From Albugo candida (taxonomy: Eukaryota), in contig JBDOQK010000002.1 in the NCBI GenBank assembly GCA_040437565.1, forward strand, positions 248,001 through 312,000: 64,000 nt of DNA. Direction: 5' to 3'. The translations under genes and the position numbers were made by a program. How positions within the stretch are numbered: position 1 is the first letter of the stretch; every line of letters begins with the position of its first letter. The notes below the pieces were generated by a model. That model had not been told where the DNA came from. It searched no databases and saw nothing but the letters and a program-made list of their open reading frames with translations. Of this stretch, positions 11,890 to 23,066 are shown piece by piece.

Positions 11890-14084
11890 TTAAATCGATT
11901 GAATTATCGTTTTTATCTCTTGCGGAGCGCGCAAATCTCTCAGAAATTCTAATGTAATGCTTCCTTCGTCGTGTTGTGCTGTCGCACTCAAATGGTTGTA
12001 AAGAGTTGTGTACAAATTCTCTAATTGTTGCGCGATGAGTGATCGAATTTCCTCGCGTGTTTCTGGTTGAGCGATTCGACTGAGATGAGAGAACGATAAA
12101 AGAATCAAATTTGAAGGAAAATCTCTCATGAAGCGCGAAAATAAATCGTAATGCTCGCAGCTTTTTGGTCGCATTTCTTCACCCAACAATGATCTTAATT
12201 CCCAACGATCCAAATACGCGTTAAATGCAATCACAGAGAGCTTTGTTTTCCAAGTATCTACGTCTTCATCCAAGAGAGTGTTCCATTTGGAGGCGGCATT
12301 GAAGCATTTCAGCTGCACCTGAAGACACTGGAAATTGTTGAGTTGTAGAATCAGAGCGTCAATTGGAGTCATCTCATCAACAAGTCGAGCGGAATACTTC
12401 TTTACTGCAGCCGAAATAGCATCCAGGATTAATGTAATGGCTTTGTGACATTCTTCGTTGGCGTTTGGAGACGCCTCTAAGACTTTTAAGATATTGGCAA
12501 GCGTGTGTGATGTGTCGACTATGATAGCTGTTGCTGCCAAATTGGGCGAGTACTCCCGACCGGATGATCCAATTACTGCCACCCAGGATTGTGTTTGTGA
12601 TTCCAAAAGGCTGAAAGCTTGACTTTGACATGTCGATATCGCCGAAACAATAGTACCGTCAGATATAAGATGTGTCATCTTTTCTTGGTAGTGAGAGAAG
12701 AGATGTATCAACTTGAAAGTTGTAAGAATACTGTGGCTGGCAGAGATGCACTGCTCGACAAGTGTATGCAGTGGCCGAGCAATGACATCCAGTGCTCTCT
12801 CAACGAGGTTCACACTCTTCGTCTGTACATTCCTCTCGTTCTCCACGTTGGCCAGCTCATAATTGCATTTGTCATTTGTTGAATCCTCGCTTCGCATCGC
12901 AGCTTGAATGTTGATGTCTTCTTCAAAAATGGAATTGAAAAAATCTTCCTCAGTTACCAACGCTTGATGTGTCCACGCCAGCAAATTGCCACAATAACGA
13001 ATGATCTCTTGCGCTTGCATTCCAATAGGTCGAAAAAATTCACCAGATTTCCTGCAGGTATGCATTTCGAAGAATCGTTCGGTAAGCATGGATTGACGTG
13101 CCGATGCTATAGTTTCTTTGCAATAGCTGTACATGAGAGAATTGCTCAACGTGACCAGAGCACATTGTTCAATGTATAGCGACGCACTTGTAGAAGTCTG
13201 GTCTATCTCTAAGCAATTTTATGGCACGACGTAGCTGACAGCTTGCATCCTCCTCAATTCGTACACACCTTCTGCCAACCCATCGACAGAGTCGTTCGAA
13301 ACCCGCTTCTTGATATTTTGATATACTCTCCATTACTTCCACACTAGGCGCACAAATTGTTTGATGGAAGAACACAAATCGAATTGGGCGGAGGTACCTC
13401 AGATTGGGGTTTTCAGACGCAATGAGATCTTTGCAGCCTTCTTTCATCTGCTGCACTCGCTCCATTACACGAAAAAAATCGTCACTGACCTCCACTGTTT
13501 TTTCTTCGCTGCGAAGTATTTGAATTTCTTCTTCACTGAGCTGATACCGGTGGAGGAATTCTCGAAGTTGTGTCAATTCATGCTCCACACTTTCCCTACA
13601 AACAATTCCAATTATGTAACGCTATCAGCTGACAATCTCTTTACTTTTCATAACGAAGTCGATTCGCTTCGACTAGGGCATCTCCAGTGCTCTTTTTCGT
13701 CTCAGTCAGATACGACTTCATAGCAGTGCATTGAGAATGCAAGTTATCCACACTGGCACTCAGAGTACGTATTTCATGCAGCGAGATCTTTAGCTGACTC
13801 AGAACGGATTTGGCGCATTCGAGTTGCTTTTTCTCCAATGTCGCGCGCAAAGTTGTTCGTAATTCTACCAAAGGATCTGCCGAGGTGCTAAAGTACGACG
13901 CGTCATGATCGCATGACGAGAAATGCTTTTTTGATATATTATTTGATACTGATTCTGCTATCAAGCCTTCCTTTATTATGGTGTCCAGTAGGGATTTCGC
14001 TGACTCGATTTCTGGCCGCGATTGTAAAAGTTTGTGCACCCGAAGCCGCACTGCATCGCGATCATTTTCCGGGCTCAATGACAT
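11890..14084 (-). CDS. COG6: Conserved oligomeric Golgi complex subunit 6 (multi-exon)
   Basis: ORFs 13641-14123, 13169-13588 and 11890-13149 are joined by short introns. RPIGMQAQEIIRYCGNLLAWTHQA and FLHRYQLSEEEIQIL match COG6 signatures. Confidence 0.85.
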
Positions 14085-14119
14085 GTACTTTTGGTTATGT
14101 TCGGTGAATAATGACAGTA

Positions 14120-15070
14120 TCACAATGTAAGAGAATTGCGAAGTGCGAATGCGATGCCCTGTAATGATGGCAGGGATTTACTTGCTGCCAAACGTTTCTC
14201 TGCACAATGTCTGGATTTAGAATTGGGCGTTCTCTTTCTTTTGATGCTGTTAATTGACTTTTTTGAAGGCTCAACCCGAAGATAAATAAGACCAAATGAA
14301 AACCCTTTTTTATTTGGACGGAGCGGACAGATTTCTGGCGCAAGCGGATGCTCCCACGAAATATTTTTTGATTTTGAGGAATGAAAGCAATACGATGAGA
14401 AATCCACTGATGTATTATGAATTTCTGTCCAGCAACTTGGACAAAAGACCTGGAAACAGTATGCACACCACAATTCCGCCTCGATAATGGTGCAATTTCC
14501 GCATACTAGTACTCTTTCCTCTGAATGGTCCTTTTCAGAATCAATCAAGAGGGGTGGCTTTGCTGATTGCCTCTCCCGCTTATCTTGCTCTTTAATCGTT
14601 CTGCAAGTACTCGGAGCTTCTCCGACCAAATGAAGCGACTCAATAGAAGATTTCGTACAAGCCTTTTGTTTTATTTGTGAGTCCCTGTTGAATTCTCGCG
14701 AAGCGTTATGTCGTCTTAGGCTCTCAAATCGAGTATTCTTCAATCCATCCATAGAGCGATTATTGCACAGAGCTGATCCAGGCTTCTCAACTGACTGAGA
14801 TGGTTTACCAGCATTTCTCGATCGTGCTCTACTTACGAACCCTTGATGAATCACGAGAGGCTTGTCACGTCCACAAAAAGTGTATTGCGCATTTTTCGAA
14901 TGGAGCTCTCGATCACCTTCTGCCTCAGCACTTCTCTTTTCAAAAAGCTGCATACGCGAGGAATTCACCTCACTAAGCACTCGAAAGCGATCACTACGCA
15001 GTGCCGCCACGAATTCCTGCTTCTCACGAAACTTAGAGTCGCATGTCAATGTTTGCTCATAACCGCTCAT
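14120..15070 (-). CDS. B-box zinc-finger-containing protein
   Basis: CGNCTIIEAELWCAYCFQVFCPSCWTEIH. First ATG at 15070. Confidence 0.7.
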   Translation of the reverse strand: MSGYEQTLTCDSKFREKQEFVAALRSDRFRVLSEVNSSRMQLFEKRSAEAEGDRELHSKNAQYTFCGRDKPLVIHQGFVSRARSRNAGKPSQSVEKPGSALCNNRSMDGLKNTRFESLRRHNASREFNRDSQIKQKACTKSSIESLHLVGEAPSTCRTIKEQDKRERQSAKPPLLIDSEKDHSEERVLVCGNCTIIEAELWCAYCFQVFCPSCWTEIHNTSVDFSSYCFHSSKSKNISWEHPLAPEICPLRPNKKGFSFGLIYLRVEPSKKSINSIKRKRTPNSKSRHCAEKRLAASKSLPSLQGIAFALRNSLTL

Positions 15071-15161
15071 GGGAGCATACAAAATGGATCATCATATGTG
15101 TACGACTTTCAAGTGTGACGAGCAAGCTCAATAAATCTCACATCTATTTTGAGCTACCTAA

Positions 15162-16358
15162 CTACGTATGCTCCCTATGACATTGCATACACAAAAACAG
15201 ACAAGCGGATTTCTTTCCGAACTCGCATGGAGCCGCTATCTTCTTACTAGCTAGCCACCAATCGATTAGATAGGCTTTGAATTTAGCAAGCAACGCGTCA
15301 TACATCGTCTTTGATTGCAAGTAAAAGCATTTCCATATTTTTGACCGTTCGTCATAGAGAACACATTCGCTAGATTCCGTTTGAAGTGAGCTGAGAAAAT
15401 GTATCCACTCCATCATGTTTGCTTCTCGAAAATTTTCCTCGTTGAACAAGTCGAGAAACAAGGAAACAATTTCTCCCACTATGTGATATGGGAACCCAAG
15501 TTGAGAGGATATATCCGAGTGAATCGCAAGAAGTTTTGATGGGCTGAGCTCAATTTGCTGCCTCAAATGCTCAAAAGTACTGTTTGGTGGCAGTGCGTAC
15601 GATGATAAGATCTTTCCCAGATGTGCAGTAATATGACGAAAGACAGTAACGGTAGCTGTCCAGATAAAAGGTGTTGATTCCTTGGAGAAGTGAGGTTCAG
15701 ATATTTCCATCTTTTTTACGTCAAAACCTGTATATGGTTCGGGTTTATATGCATTGCCCATTCGGATCACATGTGCGTTGGGATCAACAAGACCATGAAG
15801 TTCTGTATTCGACTTGAGGAATCTGGATCGAATGACACGCTTGCCTGATAAGGATCGCCCGCATGGGCTTTCTGTCAACGGGCGACGCTGAAGTAAGCCT
15901 CGAAACGGCTCTCGCGATGACGTCGTGAACTCCCGTAGCTTGCGCTTATGTGCGTTATCCAATGGACAAGTTGGTGCAACAAGCTGACATTTAGAGATAG
16001 TTCGCTTCAAGGAGCATTGTGCTTTCCACTGACTAGAAGCGTTTTCCGTAAAGGTATCAGTGCGATTGCGTCGTGGTTCTACAACTAGTGTCGAGCGAAC
16101 TTGAGCCATGTCGTCGTCCGCTGAAAGCGCGGTCGCCTTACACACAAAGTGTTTGATTTCTGTAAACTGATTTTCGAAGTGACTGAGTAGAGAATTTTTC
16201 AAAGCAAGTCGCTTTATTCGATTATACTTTCTCTGTTGAATGCGAATAGGAATTGATGTGTATGAGATACTTTGATAAAATAAGATCATGCGATTGCAGA
16301 TGAGGTGGTTTGGATGTCCATATCCACGTTGCGCTACTTGATAGAAATAATATATCAC
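15162..16358 (-). CDS. Hypothetical protein with a C-terminal Cys/His (B-box-like) segment; both ends uncertain
   Basis: 398-codon ORF ending CEFGKKSACLFLCMQCHREH. Additional 5' exons up to ~17100 are possible. Confidence 0.55.
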   Translation of the reverse strand: MIYYFYQVAQRGYGHPNHLICNRMILFYQSISYTSIPIRIQQRKYNRIKRLALKNSLLSHFENQFTEIKHFVCKATALSADDDMAQVRSTLVVEPRRNRTDTFTENASSQWKAQCSLKRTISKCQLVAPTCPLDNAHKRKLREFTTSSREPFRGLLQRRPLTESPCGRSLSGKRVIRSRFLKSNTELHGLVDPNAHVIRMGNAYKPEPYTGFDVKKMEISEPHFSKESTPFIWTATVTVFRHITAHLGKILSSYALPPNSTFEHLRQQIELSPSKLLAIHSDISSQLGFPYHIVGEIVSLFLDLFNEENFREANMMEWIHFLSSLQTESSECVLYDERSKIWKCFYLQSKTMYDALLAKFKAYLIDWWLASKKIAAPCEFGKKSACLFLCMQCHREHT

Positions 16359-17592
16359 AAGATATTAGCTGTTACGAGCGTTAGGCAGTTACAGCTTTGA
16401 ATGAAGAATTACATAATTTCCATTCTTTGTACGTATTCCATGATTTCTTTCTTATTTTCAAACTTTAATGGCTTCCATGCGATGCCGTCGTATCTATTTA
16501 TAAAAGCACGAGAGGTTTATTGTGTTGCCATGTTGGTACAAAATGAGTTGGATGGAGTCAAACGGTCAAAACAACAAATACAGAAACTTGTACAGCTGTC
16601 AACAATAAATATTACAATTTAGCCACGCACAATGGCATTTTCTTTTCAAAAAGGAGCTTACGAGCTGAACAGATCGTTAGGAACCCCTCTATGTTATATA
16701 GAGCTTCTAGATTCACAAGAATGTCAGGTTCGAAATTCAATCAATTTGGTTGAATGTTATAGAAATATAATAAAGTAGCGTTGTTCGACGACCAGATTGA
16801 GTAAGCAATAAAACATACTGTATCGTGCAGCTGAATTCTTGTCTCAAATTTTGATGATGTTTGATCACGCCATCAATTAGACCTGCGCGTAAGACTGATG
16901 GTGCCTCTAATGTAAACTCTTCAAAGAGCATGCTACTCGATAGTTTTAGTGACATTACCAAACACATTGTATAAAAAGCATCAGGCCCACCCAAAGTACA
17001 TTCAAGACGCAAAGACAACAATATAATCGGGGGGTTCTAAGCCAAGCAACACCGTGGGTGGGCGATGATTGTAGCATTTCTTCTATATAAAAAAGAGTGT
17101 TGTTCTCAGACATGCGTCATCGCAAAACATGGAGTGCATTCTGAATGTATTATTCTATTTCACGCTCAATTATAGTAAGAGAACACCGCCGAACTGCAAA
17201 GAAAGTTTAGTATTGCAGAATCGATTTACTGAAGCTCGCCTTCCTCGCAATTTATCTTAATTGGAATTACTATAGATTTATTTTAGTTGGAAACGTAAAA
17301 GCCCGGTCAAACTATCGCATTTATGAGCAATGTCGAAAGCCGGCATCTCATCCCAAGCGCACAATAATCAAGTGCACTAAAGGTAAAAGACGTACCCATG
17401 CTGCGGCTTTTCTGTCACCGACTGTACTGATATAAATGAGTTCGACTTGGTACGTAGAGTCTCAGACTGATTGCGCGTGATGTGCACGACGAATGCACGA
17501 GGAATTCCATTAGTAATCATGTCACCAAATTGAGGGGAGGATGACCTGTTGTTTTCGATTTACCAAGTGGATAAGACTGAAGGTCCATAGAA

Positions 17593-18940
17593 ATGCTTCT
17601 CGCTGATTCCAAATCAACACAAAGTAACCCGTCCATGGAGACAATGCCGCCTGCCTACAGCCTCTCTTTCCTGATGAATCACGATATCACCAGTGCGATT
17701 GGTGACAAAACGGAACATCTCGCTTCACCACCATCGATTGTCGAAAACTCGGTCGCGTGTAAACTCATTCCTGAACGAACACTGCGTAATCATCCATCCA
17801 CAATTTCTCCTAATGCTCGTACACCTTCGGAAAAACGCCGCTGCCTTAATCACTCTCGAGTCAACGTGTGGAATCACATCACTAGTGATAATGGAAGAAC
17901 GACTTCCGATTCACATTTTCCAAAACCACATCGATTTCCGCGCTCACGCTGTTCATTACGAAAACGCACGACGCGATATCTTAGTGAAGAAGACCGTCGC
18001 GATATCATTCGCCGAATTCGCAATGGCGAACTACAATGTGTACTCGCGAAGGAATATTCTGTCAGTCGTGCAGCTGTCTGCAATCTGTACAAAAAATGTA
18101 AAAATATGTTTCTGGATGACTTAGGGTCAAGCTGTGGTAGCTCAGCGTATCATCACTCACCTCTCCATGGATCCAATTTTCAGCTGGGTCTAAAATTTGA
18201 TCATTTGAACAAGAATTTGCATCAAACACTGAACATTGGGTACTCCGAGTTATTATCGGGTCCAAAAATATATCAAATGGCGCAGCACTCGCGTCCAATC
18301 CGTAATTTGTTGGATGCGACTAAGAATGATGCAATGGATGAAGCCACTTTCCGCCATGACATAGATCGATTAGCTACCCTGCTGATCGAAGAAGCGCTTG
18401 CTATGGTACCAAAATGCACGTATAGTCATCCATTAGTGAACAAAGCACCTGCCTCCAAAGTGTGTGGACTATCGATCGGCGAAAATAGTGGCGCAATTTT
18501 CTCACGCACAATGAATACAGTTTACCCGGCCGCGCAGACGGGCAAAGTATTGTGGTGGAAACATGCCAATGGTGATAAGCCATTCGCACAAAGCAAGAAT
18601 GTACTGTGTACTCTAAAGGACATTCGTGATTCAACGTGCTTCTTATTTGCAATGAGCTGCGATGATGGGGAGGATTTGTATATCGCTGTCAATCATCTCA
18701 TTCACGACCTCCATATCTCTCCATCGGATATTCACATTGTCGTCATCCACAGCTCGGCATCAGGTGCGGAGCGTTTACTTGCAGCATTTCCAGGTACACC
18801 ACTTTTTTATTTCACATCCGTTTGATTGATTATTAACGCTTCTTTGTACAGATGTTACACTCATTTGCGGTGCCATCGATTCTGACTTGGACGACGGCAA
18901 TCAATCCAATAGCTACTTGAGCAGATACTGGGGGCATTAA
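17593..18940 (+). CDS. psq/CENP-B-type HTH fused to a degenerate uracil phosphoribosyltransferase-like domain
   Basis: HTH: YLSEEDRRDIIRRIRNGELQCVLAKEYSVSRAAVCNLYK. UPRT-like: FRHDIDRLATLLIEEAL...VCGLSI...AAFPDVTLICGAIDSDLD. Intron 18794-18851; stop at 18940. Confidence 0.8.
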
Positions 18941-19226
18941 ATTGTAATAAATACTTGTGAATTATTTGCTAGTAAATCAATATCGATAATTCGCTACAAA
19001 GTCGAGTAGTATCCTGAGATTCCAGTGCTTTTGCTTGTCGATACCAAGCCATAATATTAAAATGTACACTATAATTTAAGTATAAATTGATCTTCTGCAA
19101 AGAGGCAAAGCGCATCAAAAGGCGTTTCCGGTACTATAAGCGAGTCCTCGGGGCTTTCATTACTCAACCATTTTTAAAGCTTTCAAGTATGGGTTGTTTT
19201 TTCAGCATTGGCACACACAGTATGAG

Positions 19227-20356
19227 ATGACGCAACCTTTGCTTGAAACAAAGTCAAACCAAAGCAGCAATCGTTTTACATTTCGTACGAAAAAGGAGCT
19301 CATACAACATTGGAAAATGGAATACCGTATCGCACTCAAGGAATGGCAAATTATACTTCTTTTTCTTCTTGTGCAATGTGGGTCCAAACGAGAAGTTGCT
19401 GACGTCTTGCCATCTCACGCGCACTGTTGGTAGATGCTGTGTTTATAGCAGCCAATTTTACAATCTTTACTCAGGTCAATACGCTACGGAGGGAACAACA
19501 TGCAATCCTGCATGACATTGGTCTCCCTGCACTGTCGAAGGGAACGGTATTCGCGTGGATGCACGATATTCTATGTATACTCATCGTGATTGCGACGATA
19601 TTGTGGCTGGTTCTCAGTACATGCGTCCGAATGGAACAACCTCTTTTTCTTGTGATCGTTTTGAAAAGAATTTTGATGCACTGGAGCATCGTGTTAGTAC
19701 GTGAATTCTTTCTATATTGGAGTCAACTTGACAACGTCTGTCGTAGTCTCTGTGCGTGATTTCCTCATTGATCACAACATTTCCTACTCCCGATCAGCAA
19801 TGTCACCTCGAGCTGTATTCTGAATGCTCAGGCTCTAATCGCGAGGCTTGCTTAAAGTGGCAGAAAGGTACGTGAAGGTTCACCTGAACTCTGAGCAAGT
19901 CGTAAGATTTTGTTGTATCACAAAGCGATGCAGTCACCCGATATACCACAAATTCTCTATCGCTTCGATATGCATAATAGCTGTCAGTTTCTCACCTTTG
20001 AAAGGGATGCTGTATTCACGTTCGGATTGATGCTGGCGGTCATAAAATATGCTTCACTGGGCCATGTGTTGCCCACTGTGATAGTAATGGGTGTTGAGGT
20101 GATCTTAACGTCTCTGAGCATAGCGTCACGTAAAGCATACTCTGTGAATGCATTCACGACATTATACGTCGTTCCGATGGTTTGGTTTGTGCTGGATGCT
20201 TATGTGAACGATATCAATTCCAAGGACACTATGACGACACCCGAAGTACTGAATAGAATTTACGGGATCACTGAAAACGGAGAGCTTACCTCGACATCGC
20301 TCTCTTCAGACGGGGGGATTGATCAGATGGAAAAGGGTGCCCACTCACCCGCGTAG
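19227..20356 (+). CDS. Inositol-phosphorylceramide/sphingomyelin synthase family membrane protein with catalytic residues substituted (multi-exon)
   Basis: LHDIG, TTFPTPDQQC, SCQFLTFERD and IASRKAYSVNAFTTLYVVPMVWF align with the IPCS D1-D4 motifs. Several transmembrane segments and short introns. Confidence 0.75.
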
Positions 20357-20797
20357 TAAGTTTAGAGCCGCATAAGATGCTAATAATTGAATTGTAGCGA
20401 GGCAACTTTTATGTATCTTAATGAAAAGATTTGAGAATCGTTCGCTGATGAGTGATGTTGCGCGTATAGTAAAAAGATGACGACTGCCGTCGTATGAGAT
20501 AGGAGCACACAGAACACAGAGACTCTATCAATTAAAGTTGACCATTATTACGATGCCACTTTGTTCCTTCTGGTAGCGGGTTTCTCCGTTCCATTTCTGA
20601 TAGAGTGAATCGGTATAATCGTCAGAAAATGTCAGTGTGCGTTTCGCACGCCTGAAACGAGTGGAACCACAACGAATCAACACATCTTGCCACTCCATTC
20701 GAGATTAGATCGCATTGTTGTTTAAAAGCACGATATGAGTGGGAAATTAGCATAATTGGGTACGAAGCCTAGGAATCCATCGATGTTGTTTGTCGCA

Positions 20798-21721
20798 TTA
20801 GGTGGATGACACCTCATTCAACGAAATCTCAATTAGGACGGGGTAGTGGATATCCGGTTTATATGCATCTTTGTATTTTTCGGTGTATTCAGCATCAAGC
20901 TTGGAGATGAATGGATCGTAATCAGTCCGTACAGAAACGGAAAGGCCAACTTGACACGCAATCTCGACAAAGCTATCCATTGATTTCCCGCGTTTTGGCT
21001 GAAGGAGTATGCATAGACCAGTGTCGGGTCGAAGTAGACTACGGATCAGTTGTGCGAGATCTGCGTGGAAGGAACGAAAGAATAAGCAATCGCTGGCGAT
21101 AATCAAGTCAAAACTGCCTCTTTTTGACGTATCTAGGCTGCATTCCGCGTGATTCCACAAAACTTGACGAACATGAGCATCGACATCGCATTTGAAATGC
21201 TCAACATTTTTCTCGAGACATTGCTGCACATTTTCCAGCGCTTTTTCGTTCCCATCTGTGATCCAAAATGTACCAAAAGGGACGGGCGCATGAGCCAGTA
21301 GCCCAAAAGAAGCAAATGCACTCATTCCGCTTCCAAGTTCACATACATTGAGCGACTCACTGCTCCTTGTAATCGATTGACAAACTCGATTCGATAGTAT
21401 AAAGTAGAGCAGCACTTGTTCTGAAGACCACATTTTAATATTTCCAGTGTTGTCAACGCCTTTATTCTCCCGGTGACATACTAAATCTTGCAATGCCAAA
21501 TGCAGCTCACATTTCTCACGAATCAGCACGGAAGGACTATTGCCATGCAGCGGTATCGTATACTGTTTCCATCGCCATCCATCAATTGCCTTCTCTGCAG
21601 CAGCGGTCGATGGGAATAATTGAAAAAATTCAGGTGTTGAAGGGATTTTCGTGTGGTTCGATTCATGCCGCTTACAAATTGCTTGACGTAATGTCAGCCA
21701 ATGACGCTGAGAATCTTTCAT
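20798..21721 (-). CDS. CAMKMT: Calmodulin-lysine N-methyltransferase-like
   Basis: VDNTGNIKMWSSEQVL, VCELGSGM, ITDGN and FDLIIASDCLFF motifs; single exon, 307 aa. Confidence 0.85.
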   Translation of the reverse strand: MKDSQRHWLTLRQAICKRHESNHTKIPSTPEFFQLFPSTAAAEKAIDGWRWKQYTIPLHGNSPSVLIREKCELHLALQDLVCHRENKGVDNTGNIKMWSSEQVLLYFILSNRVCQSITRSSESLNVCELGSGMSAFASFGLLAHAPVPFGTFWITDGNEKALENVQQCLEKNVEHFKCDVDAHVRQVLWNHAECSLDTSKRGSFDLIIASDCLFFRSFHADLAQLIRSLLRPDTGLCILLQPKRGKSMDSFVEIACQVGLSVSVRTDYDPFISKLDAEYTEKYKDAYKPDIHYPVLIEISLNEVSST

Positions 21722-21917
21722 AAATGGAATTTAGGACGCTTCTCTGATAATCAAGTTCAAGATGAGAAAGAAATTCGATGTTTTGTCTACATGAGTCAGC
21801 TTCCTTCACTTGATGGTATGCTCTATTTCGAGTATCACAGTTCCATCTCCAAATTCATGAATCGAACGTGATACTGGACCGAGTAATTTTAGCTCATTTG
21901 GGAAGCAGGCTAATCGT

Positions 21918-22977
21918 ATGCGATTCGCGGTGATTGGAGACGCGTTTGTGGATGTGGTGGCTGGGGCTTTGAGTCCAACTCAGGGTCTACCGACATGGGG
22001 AACGGATGTTGAATGTCATTGTCCTATTCAGCCGCATCCAGGAGGCTCCGCCCTCAATACCGCAACACATCTATCAGCGCTATCACGTGGAAAATCCGAG
22101 TTTCTAGTCGATTTACACACGGTTGTGGGCGATGATTTCTTTGGAAAAATTATTCATGAGCATTTGGAACTGAATCAGATCTCATTGCAATCTCCTTGTC
22201 TTCCGGAGCTGAAGACTGGAGTCTGCATTGTGTTGAGTTCCCCCGTACGATAATTGTCTTCGATATTCGCATACTAACAAATGCTGCGTTAGAGTGACCG
22301 GGGATTTGTTACTTATTATGGAGCCATGCGGAAATTCTCATTGCGGCATATAGACCGAGTGCGAGTATTGGATGCGAATCATCTACATATTGGAGGTATC
22401 ATTCATTGATTCTGCATAAGTGATTGCATTACTGAGTATGGTATTGCTTGCAGGCTACTATAGTTGCCCGCAGCTTCATTCAGAAATTCTTCCGCTGCTG
22501 AAAGCTGCAAAGGAAAAAGGGATCACGGTCTCCTTGGACACGAATTATGACACTTCAGATAAATGGGATGGTGGATTGACGCATATACTCAGCTTTGTCG
22601 ATGTCTTTCTTCCAAATGAGACGGAAGCCAGACGAATCAGCCGACGAGAAACGATACAGGAAGCCTTCACGTTTTTCGAGCAATTTGTTGATGGCTTGAT
22701 CGTAATAAAGATGGGAAAGCATGGCGTCAGAGCGAGGTGCACCCGAACCAAGTGCACGTGGTTTCAGCCGACAATAAAAGTAGAAGTACAAGATGTCACA
22801 GGAGCCGGTGATTCTTTCAATGCAGGATTTCTATATCAGTGGAAGCAACACCCACAAGATGTTAAAAATGCACTGCTTTGGGGCTCTGCAGTAGCTTCAC
22901 GCTGTGTTGCTGAGATTGGAGCTTCTACTTGCAAGTATGCCTACGAGGACATTATGAAAATAACATCTCTTGATTGA
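21918..22977 (+). CDS. PfkB family carbohydrate kinase (3 exons)
   Basis: PGGSALNTA, VDVFLPNETE and DVTGAGDSFNAGF signatures, with two short introns near 22245 and 22395. Confidence 0.9.
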
Positions 22978-23066
22978 ATGCTTTCTGTGAAAACCTGACA
23001 GTTTCCGTTCGATTTTTAATCAGTTCAAAAGTCGACAGGATCCTTGCTCCATCATTAAATTGCTTC

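Noticed and set aside
10529-11957. Multiple kinesin motor copies and the track's 1082-aa N-terminus
   Set aside because: These are chimeric ORFs read through N gaps and duplicated flanks. One gene explains all fragments.
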